A stretch of 40,510 nucleotides of DNA from the IMG/VR virus record IMGVR_UViG_3300025112_000051, positions 1 through 40,510 of that record; one strand, given 5' to 3'. Within the stretch, counting starts at the first letter, position 1; each line of letters starts with the position of its first letter. A program made the position numbers and the translations under genes. Of the stretch, positions 7,437 to 18,500 are shown piece by piece. Under the pieces are notes generated by a model. The model searched no databases. It had not been told where the DNA came from and worked only from the letters and a program-made list of their open reading frames with translations. The stretch comes from a virus (lineage: Duplodnaviria; Caudoviricetes).

Positions 7437-8180
7437 TCACCCTGGGAACCATGTGGCTTGTCTGGGCCCGATCATCATGTATACACGAAACCCAATAGTT
7501 GATTGACTGTCCGGTGTGTCGTTCGAGCGCCCCAGTGCGACAAATGGATTGAACACGGCCTCAGCATCCCCAACAGTCGTGGCTGATGTCACATGCTTCG
7601 TGAAGTCCCACTCGTAGCTGGCGTCCACACCAAAAGCGTGAACGCTGTCAAATCTACGGTCTGGTCCGAGCAGAATGGAGCCAGCGCAGTGCAATAGATC
7701 GGTTCGGGCACCGCTGTCTGCTGGTGTCGGATTACTCCCGATGCCGACTCGAAGGTCAGGTCCGCCACCAGCATCCCAGTGGAGACCAAAAAAGGCCTGG
7801 TCATGGTTTGCGAGGTCTGACGCATCTGTGCTGAAGCCAGCAACAACATAGGAGTTTTCTGTGTTGAGGGCTGGCTCTGCCGTGGTGACAATAGACATGT
7901 AGTAGGGTATCAACTCGTCCCAGTCCCACTGATGCGAGAAGTCCCACCGGTAGCTGACACCCTCACTGGCCTTGTTCGTAGATGAGGCCAAGTCTGCAAG
8001 CACCACAGTGGTTGCTGCGTCAGTCTCGGTAAGGCTCACGAGTACAGAGTTTGGATCTGTCACGGTGCCAGTAGCCAGCTTGAGGCGAACCCACTCAAAG
8101 TCTGGCCGCATGACGCCTGTGCCTGGCCAGAATCCCCGAGTCACAGGACCTGGGATGCGTGTTCGACCGGTCAGGTTCAT
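7437..8180 (-). CDS. Putative tail/receptor-binding beta-sandwich protein
   Basis: Beta-rich 247 aa, ATGA-coupled to the preceding structural gene. Confidence 0.45.
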   Translation of the reverse strand: MNLTGRTRIPGPVTRGFWPGTGVMRPDFEWVRLKLATGTVTDPNSVLVSLTETDAATTVVLADLASSTNKASEGVSYRWDFSHQWDWDELIPYYMSIVTTAEPALNTENSYVVAGFSTDASDLANHDQAFFGLHWDAGGGPDLRVGIGSNPTPADSGARTDLLHCAGSILLGPDRRFDSVHAFGVDASYEWDFTKHVTSATTVGDAEAVFNPFVALGRSNDTPDSQSTIGFRVYMMIGPRQATWFPG

Positions 8181-8530
8181 GCTGTGATCCTGTTCACATA
8201 GCCATGGATGTTGATCGTATTAGTGGTTCCCGCGAACGCTCTAACGACCCGAGTATCTTGGAGTAAAAGTCCTGGGGCTACCAGGACAAGACCAGACTCT
8301 GCCGGAATAGTGACTTCGATTAGATCGTCCGATACTGTGACGTCTCCCCACTCCAAAGTCAGCTTGATTGCGCCTGTGCTGCTGTTTACGGCGTACAACC
8401 AGATTTCATCTATATCAGACGTACCAGCCACAGCGGTATGAATAAGTGTGCCTGCCGTAACTGTGGCCGCAACTTCTATTCCTCTGCCATCGTCAGAGCC
8501 CGTCAGTATTACCTTGCTCATCGTTGCCAT
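8177..8530 (-). CDS. Small virion structural (tail-fibre-associated) protein
   Basis: MATMSKVILTGSDDGRGI...DEIWLYAVN...IHGYVNRIT, a pattern I recognise from small proteins following tail fibres in environmental phages; GGAG RBS. Confidence 0.6.
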   Translation of the reverse strand: MATMSKVILTGSDDGRGIEVAATVTAGTLIHTAVAGTSDIDEIWLYAVNSSTGAIKLTLEWGDVTVSDDLIEVTIPAESGLVLVAPGLLLQDTRVVRAFAGTTNTINIHGYVNRITA

Positions 8531-8539
8531 GAAAAACTC

Positions 8540-9076
8540 CTACGAAAATACCTGCATGTGGAGGATGAGGTCAACATCGTTGTTGGCGCTGCCACCACCA
8601 CCGCCAATAGTCGAGTGATCGGCTGAGACATCCATGAACTGCTGAAGATACCAGTTGGTGCCATCAAACGTCCATTCCGTAACGTCACCGCTGGCTGTTG
8701 TGATGTTCGTGCTTCCGCCCTTCAGGTTGGTGCCGGTCACATCGAAGACGACAGCAGCAGTTGAGATGACCGTGATGGTCTGCCCAGCTACGCCGTCATC
8801 GAACATCGTCAGCGTCTGTCCGCTGGCGTGGGTCTTGAACAGGTTTCCGGTAGCCACGGATGGCGTTACGTCCGACGAGCTGAAGGTACCGAATGTCTCG
8901 CTTGGCCCAGAGAACGCTGCGGCCCCAGCGACGTGGAGCATACAGTTTGGTGTTGTTGTGCCTACACCAACGCGGTTGTTACTGGCGTCGATGCTCAACG
9001 TACCCGAGTCGATCTCCAGGTCATCGGCTGTCAACGTACCGGTGAAGGTGCTGTCGTCCCAGACTCGACTCATCAT
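8540..9076 (-). CDS. Short tail fibre/spike protein
   Basis: TLSIDASNNRVGVGTTTPNCMLHVAG fibre-type repeat unit; Gly-run linker near the C-terminus; ATGA overlap with the upstream stop. Confidence 0.6.
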   Translation of the reverse strand: MMSRVWDDSTFTGTLTADDLEIDSGTLSIDASNNRVGVGTTTPNCMLHVAGAAAFSGPSETFGTFSSSDVTPSVATGNLFKTHASGQTLTMFDDGVAGQTITVISTAAVVFDVTGTNLKGGSTNITTASGDVTEWTFDGTNWYLQQFMDVSADHSTIGGGGGSANNDVDLILHMQVFS

Positions 9077-9507
9077 CGCCTCCAGTTGACACGGATGTTT
9101 GCCGTACACGTCCCGGTGTCGGTCTTGGCAACCACGTAGACCGTGTCAGCCACACTGTGGTCTGTGTGAAAGTTCACGTCCGCGTCGACCAGAAAGACCG
9201 CACCACCATCGGTTGCTGTCGTCGCGCCGACTTGAATGGTCTGTGTGGCCCCCGACGTGGTTCCCGGTGTGAGTGGGATGTCCCCAGCTGCATCGCGAGC
9301 CAGGTACATGTGAACCTTGGCCGCACTACTGGCGATGGTGTCGATGCTGAACTCGACCGACTGCACGTTGCAGTTGGGCGGGAAGTTGACTGCCTCGTCC
9401 GCATTAGTGGCATCGACTGCGCATGCGAAAGCTGTTGCAGTGCTGGTTAGGCTGGCCTGATGCTTGTAGCTGAAGCCGACCCGGTTCCATCCACCGTAGT
9501 TGCTCAT
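9073..9507 (-). CDS. Small beta-rich virion protein
   Basis: GAGGAG RBS; Thr/Ala-rich beta pattern; first gene after the giant protein. Confidence 0.55.
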   Translation of the reverse strand: MSNYGGWNRVGFSYKHQASLTSTATAFACAVDATNADEAVNFPPNCNVQSVEFSIDTIASSAAKVHMYLARDAAGDIPLTPGTTSGATQTIQVGATTATDGGAVFLVDADVNFHTDHSVADTVYVVAKTDTGTCTANIRVNWRR

Positions 9508-9522
9508 CTTGATCTCCTCGCG

Positions 9523-12500
9523 TCAGCGCATCGGCGGACGCTTGCCCATGTACTCGAAGCGTGGTTCCTCGCCTCGTACTGCCTTCGGTCTGTGTACCTC
9601 GGTTGTCTGCAGTCCACTCAGTCCTCTTGCCCATCTTAGTATCTCACCGGACCAATGTGTGCGCTCCAGCGGAGATATCTCCCACTGCTTTAGCAGCTTG
9701 TTCAGCTCCCCAAGGGGGCTGTTTTCAAGGGCAAAGGACATGATCCCTGGGGAGACGTAGTAGCGCGTGGGCACTACTCCAGCCTCAGCAGGGTCCACTC
9801 CTCGCTTCTCCTCGATCTGCGCCCATATCGGATCTTCGACGCCTTCATACTTGGCCACATCCCAGCCCAGGTAGTCGAGCAAGTCGGCAATATACGGGGT
9901 CACACGCACAGCGCGTCGGGACTCTGGCGACTTCAGCCAGACATCGAGCACCTGCGCAGTGATCGGGCTCCGCTCGGGCTGCACTATCGTGTGCAGTGAG
10001 GCCACTGGGTCGACGGTACCTGCCCAGGCTGGGTTCGCGAGAGGATCGAACTCGTCTGCCATGAGGTTATGGCCAGCCTCAACACCTAACTCAGACATAG
10101 TTATCAGGAACGCGGCGTAGCCTGCGAGATGACGCATCCCTGCATGGATAGTCGACTCAGGCAGCATCACCTCTGTCCACGCATAGTCGGTCTGTGTGGC
10201 GTTGATGTAGTTCATGAAGGCCTGCACCGCCTCCGTGCGTGGCAGAGTCACGGCTGCGCTGGGCCGCTCACGCACCCACCCGCCCTTCGCGGACGGGTCA
10301 GGGAATGGAATCGCGGCAGCCCCCGTCTTCAGGTGAGTCAGTCTGTCAGCCTTCTGGAGGAGGTGGTCCAGCTCGACGTACTTGCCCGCGTAGATGCCCA
10401 TCTGGCGCTCAGCAAACAGCATCCGAAGAGCCAAGCGTGCATCGCGAGGCACCTTGTGAGGACCCTCGTAGTGGTCCTCAACCAGCTTGCGCAGCACGTA
10501 GTAGTTGTCCTGCGCCTCGTCTGGCAGCGCATCCACATCCACTCCGTAGGGCTCTGCGACGAAGTCGTAGAGTATCTGTGTGACTGCCTCGGGCCCAAGC
10601 TCCTCCGCGCGTCGGATGACACCCATGCGATAGGCCACCCTCGGTGAGAGCATGGCGTCGAGTATCTGTCGGTTCGCGTTCTTCTGAAACGCCCAGAAGG
10701 GCATGATGAGGCTGACCCACCAGGCTCGGTCCATCTTCGACATGCTGCCAGCATAGTCATACAGCGCCTTGATGGTGAATCGAGCCGCCTTGCGTGGCGG
10801 ATAACCCATTTCGACAAGGGTGATCATGGCGCCCAGGCGCTCTCGCTCTGCCCAGGTCTCGGCCACATCCTCGGTGAGCTTCAACAGACCTGCACCGACT
10901 CGCCGAGGATCTTGCTTCTTGAACGCAGCAGGCGTGGCTGAGTCAACTGCCTTCTTCAGCTGAGTCGTGTCGAAGCTGGCAAAGATGCCCTCCTCGACAG
11001 CCATCTCTCTCAGACGCCGGTACGAGTAGACCCGGTCGCCGACGCGGATGACGCCCTCGTGTCCCTCCAAGATGGCGTTGACGTCGATACGATACTTAGA
11101 CCCGCTCAGCAGCTGAGACGCCTTGTCACCGTGGCGTTGTAGGGACCGCCGGACCCGCTCAACTGCTTGGGGATTGGCCACTCCCACCTCTTCCAAGGCG
11201 CGGATGAACTGAGCCACACCAGGAATGGTGAGGAAGTTCTGCGCTACCATGCGAGCGGTCGAGGCTGCTGCAGGACGGAACCCCACGATCATCGACATCT
11301 GGTTGAAGTGGTCGAAGGTGTTCATCAAGAAGTAGCGGGGACGAGTGACAAAACCGCCGCGCGTCATCACCTTCTTGATGTAGCGAAGAGTCCAGCCGAA
11401 GATCCCGTGCATCTCTTGCTCAGAGGTGTGTAGCTGGATCTTGGTGCGGATGTCACCAGCACGAGCCAGTGCATCACCCAGCCGCTTCCGCGCCTGCTCG
11501 GGTAGATAGTAAGGCGTGTCGAGGATCTTCTGCTCCAAGAACCGCGGGTTCATCCCGTAGCGCTGCACCACAGCCTGAACCTTCGGTAGCATCTCCAACG
11601 GCACCTGCTCACCGTTGACCCACTTCAGGAATGCCTGCTGCACCTCTTGGTCGACAGCCAAGCCCATCTGCACCCACATCCTGCGTGCAGCATGTGCATG
11701 TCCATGACCTGCGATCAGAAGCGATATGCGGTTCGACTGGGGCTTGCCCCAGACACGCTCGACGTCGCCGAGAACCACGTCGGCCAGATTATACGCGGAG
11801 CCCTCGTAGAGCTTGCCGTCGCGCATTGTCAACCCAGCGAAGTAGGTCAGGACCTCAACTGTCTCATACACCTGGGCTGGCGGCGATACCCGTCGACCAA
11901 GCGCATCAGCCCCAGCCTTTGGCGCGACCTGGAGACCCTCACGAATCCCCACGATGATGTTGTCTTCACCACTGGCATCGTAGATGAGCTTCTGGACAGC
12001 GTCATCGAGCATGGCCTTCGGGAACTCCAGCTCTTTCAGGGGCCCAGTAGCTACCGCCTTGTCGGGCAGCTTAGACAGCGCCTCGCCCATCGATGTACCG
12101 CTCTTACGCGCCTCCTCGACGTAGGCAGCCAGCGCACGCAGAGCCGAGTGCTGCTTCTGCATGGCAGGTGTGTTCAGGGTACGGCTCAGCGAGACTGCGA
12201 CCTCTGTGACCGCGTTGAAGCCACTGGCGTAGGCTTGTCGACCCTGCTTGAACTCGACAATCTCACCACTGAGGAACTTGAGCATCTTGTCACGGTCCAG
12301 CTCACCCAGAATGGTCACCGCGTTGCCGATGGCCTCCTCGACCTTGCGTCCGCCTGCGTTGATCGCCCGTCTGATGGCAGGGGGCAACTCGCGCAGCGCA
12401 CCGTCTGCGTCACCTCCAAGGACGATAGCCTTTGCGAACTGCCCAATGGCGCCCCTCACTCCCTTCTGCTTGTGCACCCAGTTGTCGATGCGCTCAGACG

Positions 12501-15500
12501 CTGTCTCCTCCTTCACAGAGTCAGCCGCTGAGCGGATGGCCAGACCTGGCTCTTGCATCGCCTCAGCCGCCAGCTGACGGTTCTCCAGGTCAGCCTGTAG
12601 ACGCCCCAGCGCTGCACGAGACCATTCCGTCTGGCCCTCCACAGGGGCAGGCAGCACGACCTTGCCAGTGTCATCGAACTGCCGCTGCAGGTCCTCGATG
12701 GTGACCTTCGGCATACCGATACGACGCGCCTCATCTACCAGGAACGCAAACGCCGAGACCGTCTTCTCCCGCTTGACTCCGAGAATCTGGTCACGGATGA
12801 ACTTGTTGACGCGCGGCAGCCCAGCCTCTTGTGTCGGCATGTCCCGCAGCAGTCGGTCGAAGACAGACTTGACCTCGACGGTCATCTTGACATCGATCTC
12901 AGAGCCAGCGATCACCTTGTAGATCTCGACCATCCACTCCTTCAACCGCTCAAACACCTGAGCGAGTCGAGGTACAGGCGCCTGACCCTCTGCGATGTAC
13001 CGCTCGAACGCACGGGCGAATAGCTCCTCTGCCTGTACGATGATGTCGTCACTGGTCGCTGTGAACTTGCCGAAGTCATGACCAACCTCAAGACCGTGCT
13101 GTGTCTTGAGCCAAGACGTGACGATGCCCATGTCGGCATTATCCAGGTCCCGACGGAACAGGTGCCCGATCTCATGGACGATGGACGAGACATCCGCCTT
13201 CTCAAAGGCGTAGATGATGGCGTCACCATCCTCAACGAACTCGATGGCTGCCTTGGCTACGTCCTCATCAAACTGATGCAGGACGCGCGAGTCGGCCTTG
13301 GCCGCGGTCGCTGCCGGGGTCTCGGGGGCGCGGGCACCAACAGCCTCTGATGCCAGTGCGCGGAACTCTTGTGGAGTGATCGTCTCTGCAGGACCTGTGA
13401 CCATGGCTCCAAGGAACTGTTCAGTCTCATCCGACATGCGCACTGCCGCAGCGAGCACGCCCTCTTCTGCATCCAAAGCATCCAGATACTCTGACCATCT
13501 TGCAGCCGCGGCAGCTTCATCTTCAGGCGTTATCTTGATGACATCAGCCAGCGGTGAGCTACGAACTTGATCCGTGTACTTGCTGCGCATGAAGTCGTTG
13601 TATGTCTGACGCGCAACATCCCGACCGAAGATTGCCTTGATCTGGTTGTAGTGGCTTCGTACCAAGTCAGCCAATGCCCGAAGCGCCTGTTGCCATGGCT
13701 TAGCGTATGGAAGGTCTGTGGGGTCAACACCCTTACCTTTGGCGAATAGGCGTCTTGACGCGTCCTGAATCGACAAGTCCTTCATCTTCTCAACGACCCA
13801 CTCGTCAAAAGAAGAGAAGCGATAGGTGCTCTGATTCTTCGCCATGTTGATGTCGATCAACTTACCGGCGCGGTCGAACGCGTCAGGGTTCGTGCGCATG
13901 AACTGACCGCGCTCACGGGCGAACTGCTTGTACAGGTCCTTCACAGTGGAGTCAGGAAGAAACTGACTCAACCCGTGCCACAACTCATGAATCGTCGTGT
14001 CTACAAACCGACCACTGGCAATAGCAGAGTGACTGATACCGACAATGTCGCGGCCGAAGAAGTAGAGCCCCAGGGGCTCATTGAGCATCATGCCTGTGCG
14101 AATCTTCGGCTCAATGGCAAACGCAATGTTCTCAAGACGCTTGGTCCCGACCATCGCGACGAACTCTTTAACAATGCCATATTCATGGTCAGGAATGGTC
14201 GCGATGCCACTATCTGTCTTCCACGCCTTGCCGAGCTTGTCTCGTGTTCTCAACGTCTGACGAAGAATCTGCCCACGACCACGCTTACGGGCAGCGGCTC
14301 TCTCGTACCACTTCAAGGCCTTCTTAGGAGTACCCGCGGGACTCTCGACAAACTTGCCGACATCTGCGGGCTCCGTCACACCCATGGCCGGTCGTGGCGG
14401 GACGGCTTCTACACCCTCAAACAGTCGCTCAAGAGTAATCGACCGATCACCTTCGGCTATGAAGCGCGCATAGTCTTCCTCAGCCCCCGCACCAAACGTG
14501 TCGTAGCCAGCCCCCTTTCGTGGAAGGTCCTGCTTGCGTGCGGGTGTCAGGAATATCTCAAGGTTGGGCGGTGGCGGTGGCGGCGTGCCTTCCGTAGCAG
14601 CCCTGAAAAGAGAGTCCCCGTATCTGCCTATAAGAGTGTTTACGATCATCACGCGGCTGGGGGCTTCATACTTGTACGTAAAGTCGACGCCAGCATCATC
14701 AAGCGTCTTTTGTGACTTCTTCAACTCGCGCCGTATTGAGTCCCACCGGCGTGCCGCACCCGCGGAGACGGGTGAGCCCCCCGCCTTTTCAAGAGTGTCC
14801 ATGAAGCGGCCACTCAAGATGTCATCAACAGTCACCCCTCGGATGCCGTATCTCTGCGCCGCCGCATAGCCATCGATTATCGCTTCTGTTTTAGCCTTGG
14901 TCAGCCAACGTATATCCCAAAACAGCATATATGTAGAACGGGAATCGGTGTGCTCAGTTACCTTAGCCAGTTCATTTGGATTGTCGTACAGATACTTGAG
15001 CAACCGATACTGCTCTGGGGAGGCGCTACCAGCAGCTACATTAGCCAAGGTCTTTTGTAGGCTCTCGGCGTTAGTGTGTGCAAGCCAGTCACCCGACGTG
15101 TAAAGACTCTCAGCACCGTACCCAGTTGCGCTGCGGTACGTCCCAAACAATGTGCCAAACTGCTTTTGGAAGGCGTCATGCGCCTCTTTCGCATCTTCAG
15201 GTAGGTTTTGTATCGAGCGCCTGAGCTTGTCAATACCCTCTGCCTCAGCCTCAGCTGTCAGAGCCTCAACTGCCTGCTTCTGGAACAAGACCTGTGGACC
15301 GCCGACTCGCTCAGCCACCTGCGGCTTCAGGTCTACGAAGGGAACCTCAGCACCATTGGCACTGACACCATCATCGAACCAGGCTTCGCGCAGAGGGGCT
15401 CTCGTGTGCTCCTTCACCACGCTGGGCAGAATGGTGTCGTAGAACTCCTGTGCCGCGTCGAGAGGCATACTGACGACTTTGCTCGCGATTGCGCCAGTAG

Positions 15501-18500
15501 GGAAAGCAATCCCGGCGTAGCCCTCATCAACCGCTATCTGCATGATGCGCTTGACTGCGAGACCGGCCCACGCCTTGGTGTCCTTGAACGGCGCGTCTGG
15601 GATAGCGTTTCTGCCCTGATTCGCCCTCGCATAACGCCGCAGTTCTTCGACCCAAAGAAGAGTGCTTCTATTTGAATAATTGAAACCAGGCACTATGTCA
15701 GCACCTGTACCCTCCATAGTTGCCGTCAGCCTCAGTCCTACTTGGTCGCCCGCGTTAACAACGTCAGCTTGAGCATCTTGCACAGGCGTGCGGTTAATGA
15801 AGCGCCCGTGTTCGGAGACTCGCTTGTTACCCTCTTCATAAAATGCGTAGCGCGCTTTTTCCCACTCAGTGTAGTCATCCCACGCCTTTCGCATGCGCGG
15901 AGGCAATGCATCAATCTTGGCTTGGCGCGCATCTCCTACTACATCATCCAAGGCCAATCTATCTTTGAAAAGGTCATCGTCGTATTGGAGTCGTTGACCC
16001 AACCGGACTGAGTCAGTATGTGGGTGTGCCTTGTGCCAGTCTCGGAGCAACTTTGTCTCTTGCTCAAGGCGGACCAATGCAGCCTCAAATGGCACCAACT
16101 TCTTCTCGGCATCACTGCGGTAGCCACGCTGGCGACCCTTCTGATGCAAGTCGGACTGAATCTCCTCGACGTAGAGGATCTTGCGCCCGTCCTCAGCTAC
16201 ACGGTCGGTAGCACGGATGTGAACCAAGACGTTGGGAGTGTCCCAGTGGGAGCCTTGGGCCTCCGTGAAGGTCTGCGCACGTAGGCCTTCAAACCAGTCA
16301 TCTGAGTCAACATCGGCAGGAACACCGTAGCGAGTATACACCTTGTCCCGAAGCGCTTTGTAGACGTCATGGGCAGCGCTGCCCTCAAAACCGCGCCGGT
16401 AGTTCTTCAGCTTGTCTACATCGGGGTCAGCAAGAATCTCTGGCGCCTTGCTCTTGAAGGTGACCAGCACCTCGCGGTAGTTCTCACCTCCGTCTCCGAG
16501 GGTCCAGTTCTTGAACATAGGCGCTTTAAGGTTCAGTGAATCCTCAAGGTCACCAGCGGCTGCCTCGACTTTCTTCCACTTCACGAACTCAGGGCTGTCT
16601 GCAAGTGCCTTAGTCGTGCGGAACATACCAGGGACGCTTGCTAAGTCCCTAAGCTCGGCGTGCAGCTTGATCGCGTGGCTATACTCATCGAGAATGGCAG
16701 CGGCGCGTTTCGCCGCTTCAAGGTACTCGTCAGGAACGATTACCACATGGTCCGTCGCAGACACCGCCTTCGTCCCTGGAGGGATAAGGCCGCCCACGGT
16801 GGTTGGAGTCTCGTAGTCGAGTACCGTATGCTCGTCAGGAACGCGTACCTCAAAGGCGTCTGGGTCAAGGTGCCGCCCGCGTGCTTCGAGAAAGGATTTA
16901 CTCCGCTCGTACTCGGCCGCAACGTCTGGACTGAGAATATCGTCAGCCAGCTCTTGCGCCATCCGTGGTAGGCGGTCCAGCATCTCTTGCGGTGTACGCC
17001 AAGATCCCGCCAAGGTGCTGGCTATCCCTTCCCTCTGCCAGCCCTCTATGACCTTGCCTATCTCCGCAAACTCCTCCTGGATCGCCTGGGGCACTCGTCG
17101 CGGGGGTAGTCGACGGCTCAGTGGGACAGTCGACCAGCCTGTTGAGGTCCACCGCTTCGACTCGTTGTCAACCTCACGGAGGCGCTCGTAGACATCCCGC
17201 CAGATGTACTCAGGATCTGTCTTGACGCGGTGAACCTCAGTGCCGTCGAAGGGCATCTGATGGTCCTCAGTCATCTTGCGCGCCCACTTCCTGATCCCAT
17301 CCTGTACCGGCTCATACGCCTCGTCAGCCTTTGCTTTGGCTGCCTTGAGCGCAGGCGGCAGCACCCCCATCGAGGTCTCCTCAACCACCACTCGGTTGTT
17401 CTTCAAGTGCCCCAGTAGCTCATCGCGAGTGACCGAGTGCTGCCCTTGTGCCATCAAGTCATCGAGGAACTCTTCGAGGTTGGTCCACTTGATCTCTTCT
17501 TCTTTGGCGCCTACCCTCACAGCTTCGAGCACAACGTCCTTGAGAGACCGCGCAGGTATCTTTACACCCTCGTGGCGATAGGTAAGTCGAGGCTCGCCCG
17601 TCACCGGATCAATGACTGGGTCGCCCACCTTGGCTTCACCGCGCTGAACCGCCTTCGACTTCTTCGTGTAAAGAATCGGGATGGGCTCAGCGACTTCCGT
17701 CACGGCTTCTCCCCGCCTTCGGGCTTTGCGTCGCTTTTTGGCCAAGGCTTTCGACACACTCACGCTTGCTGGTTGCGCCTGGTACACATCATTGAGACCC
17801 TCAACAACCTTCTCCAGCTCGGAGTAGAAGATGGGGTCCTCACCCTTGACCGCGGCCTCTGTCCCAGCTGCTGTCTTCTGGAACAGGATGCGCGGGTCGT
17901 CGGGGTCGAAGGTGCCGACGTTGAGCTTGGACTTGATCTGGGTGGGCTTAAATGCGGCATAGGCAAGCCCAGTATCAGCCGCGTCGACCATGATAAGACC
18001 GTCGTAGCCTCGCATTTCAAGCTGTGGCACCACAGTATTAGCCCATGCGTTTAGCCAACTTTCATCCTTTGTAAGCCTCCAGAAGTACATTTTACTTCCG
18101 ATGCCTGCGTCAATGTCTTTAGCGGCCTTGATAATCCGATCAACGAGGCGCCTACCTTCCTTTGTCATGTGGGCAGCGCCAAACTCAGGGTCGATATCAG
18201 CGATGATGCGATACGCGCTGGTGTCTCTCAGGTCCAATGGGTTTTTCAGCGACAGGTAACCTTCAGTCACAAAGTTCTTAGCGACATCATCCAGTACACC
18301 CAGTTCAACAGCTTCCTCCCACCCCGCCTCAGTTCGTGTGTCGACGCCGAGGCGACTAAGGCTGTAGTTCTCAGCCGTGCCTCGCCTTGGTGTAAACCAG
18401 AAGAGCCCACCCGCCTTTTCATGCCGAAACTCTTCGAGATTTGGAGTGTCACTCCCATGGTAAACAACCAACGGCTCACCCGCTTCATCGACCACCTTGG

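Noticed and set aside
11647-12531. 294-aa + strand ORF and other + strand ORFs inside the giant gene
   Set aside because: Antisense to a motif-rich gene, with no RBS or domain signal.
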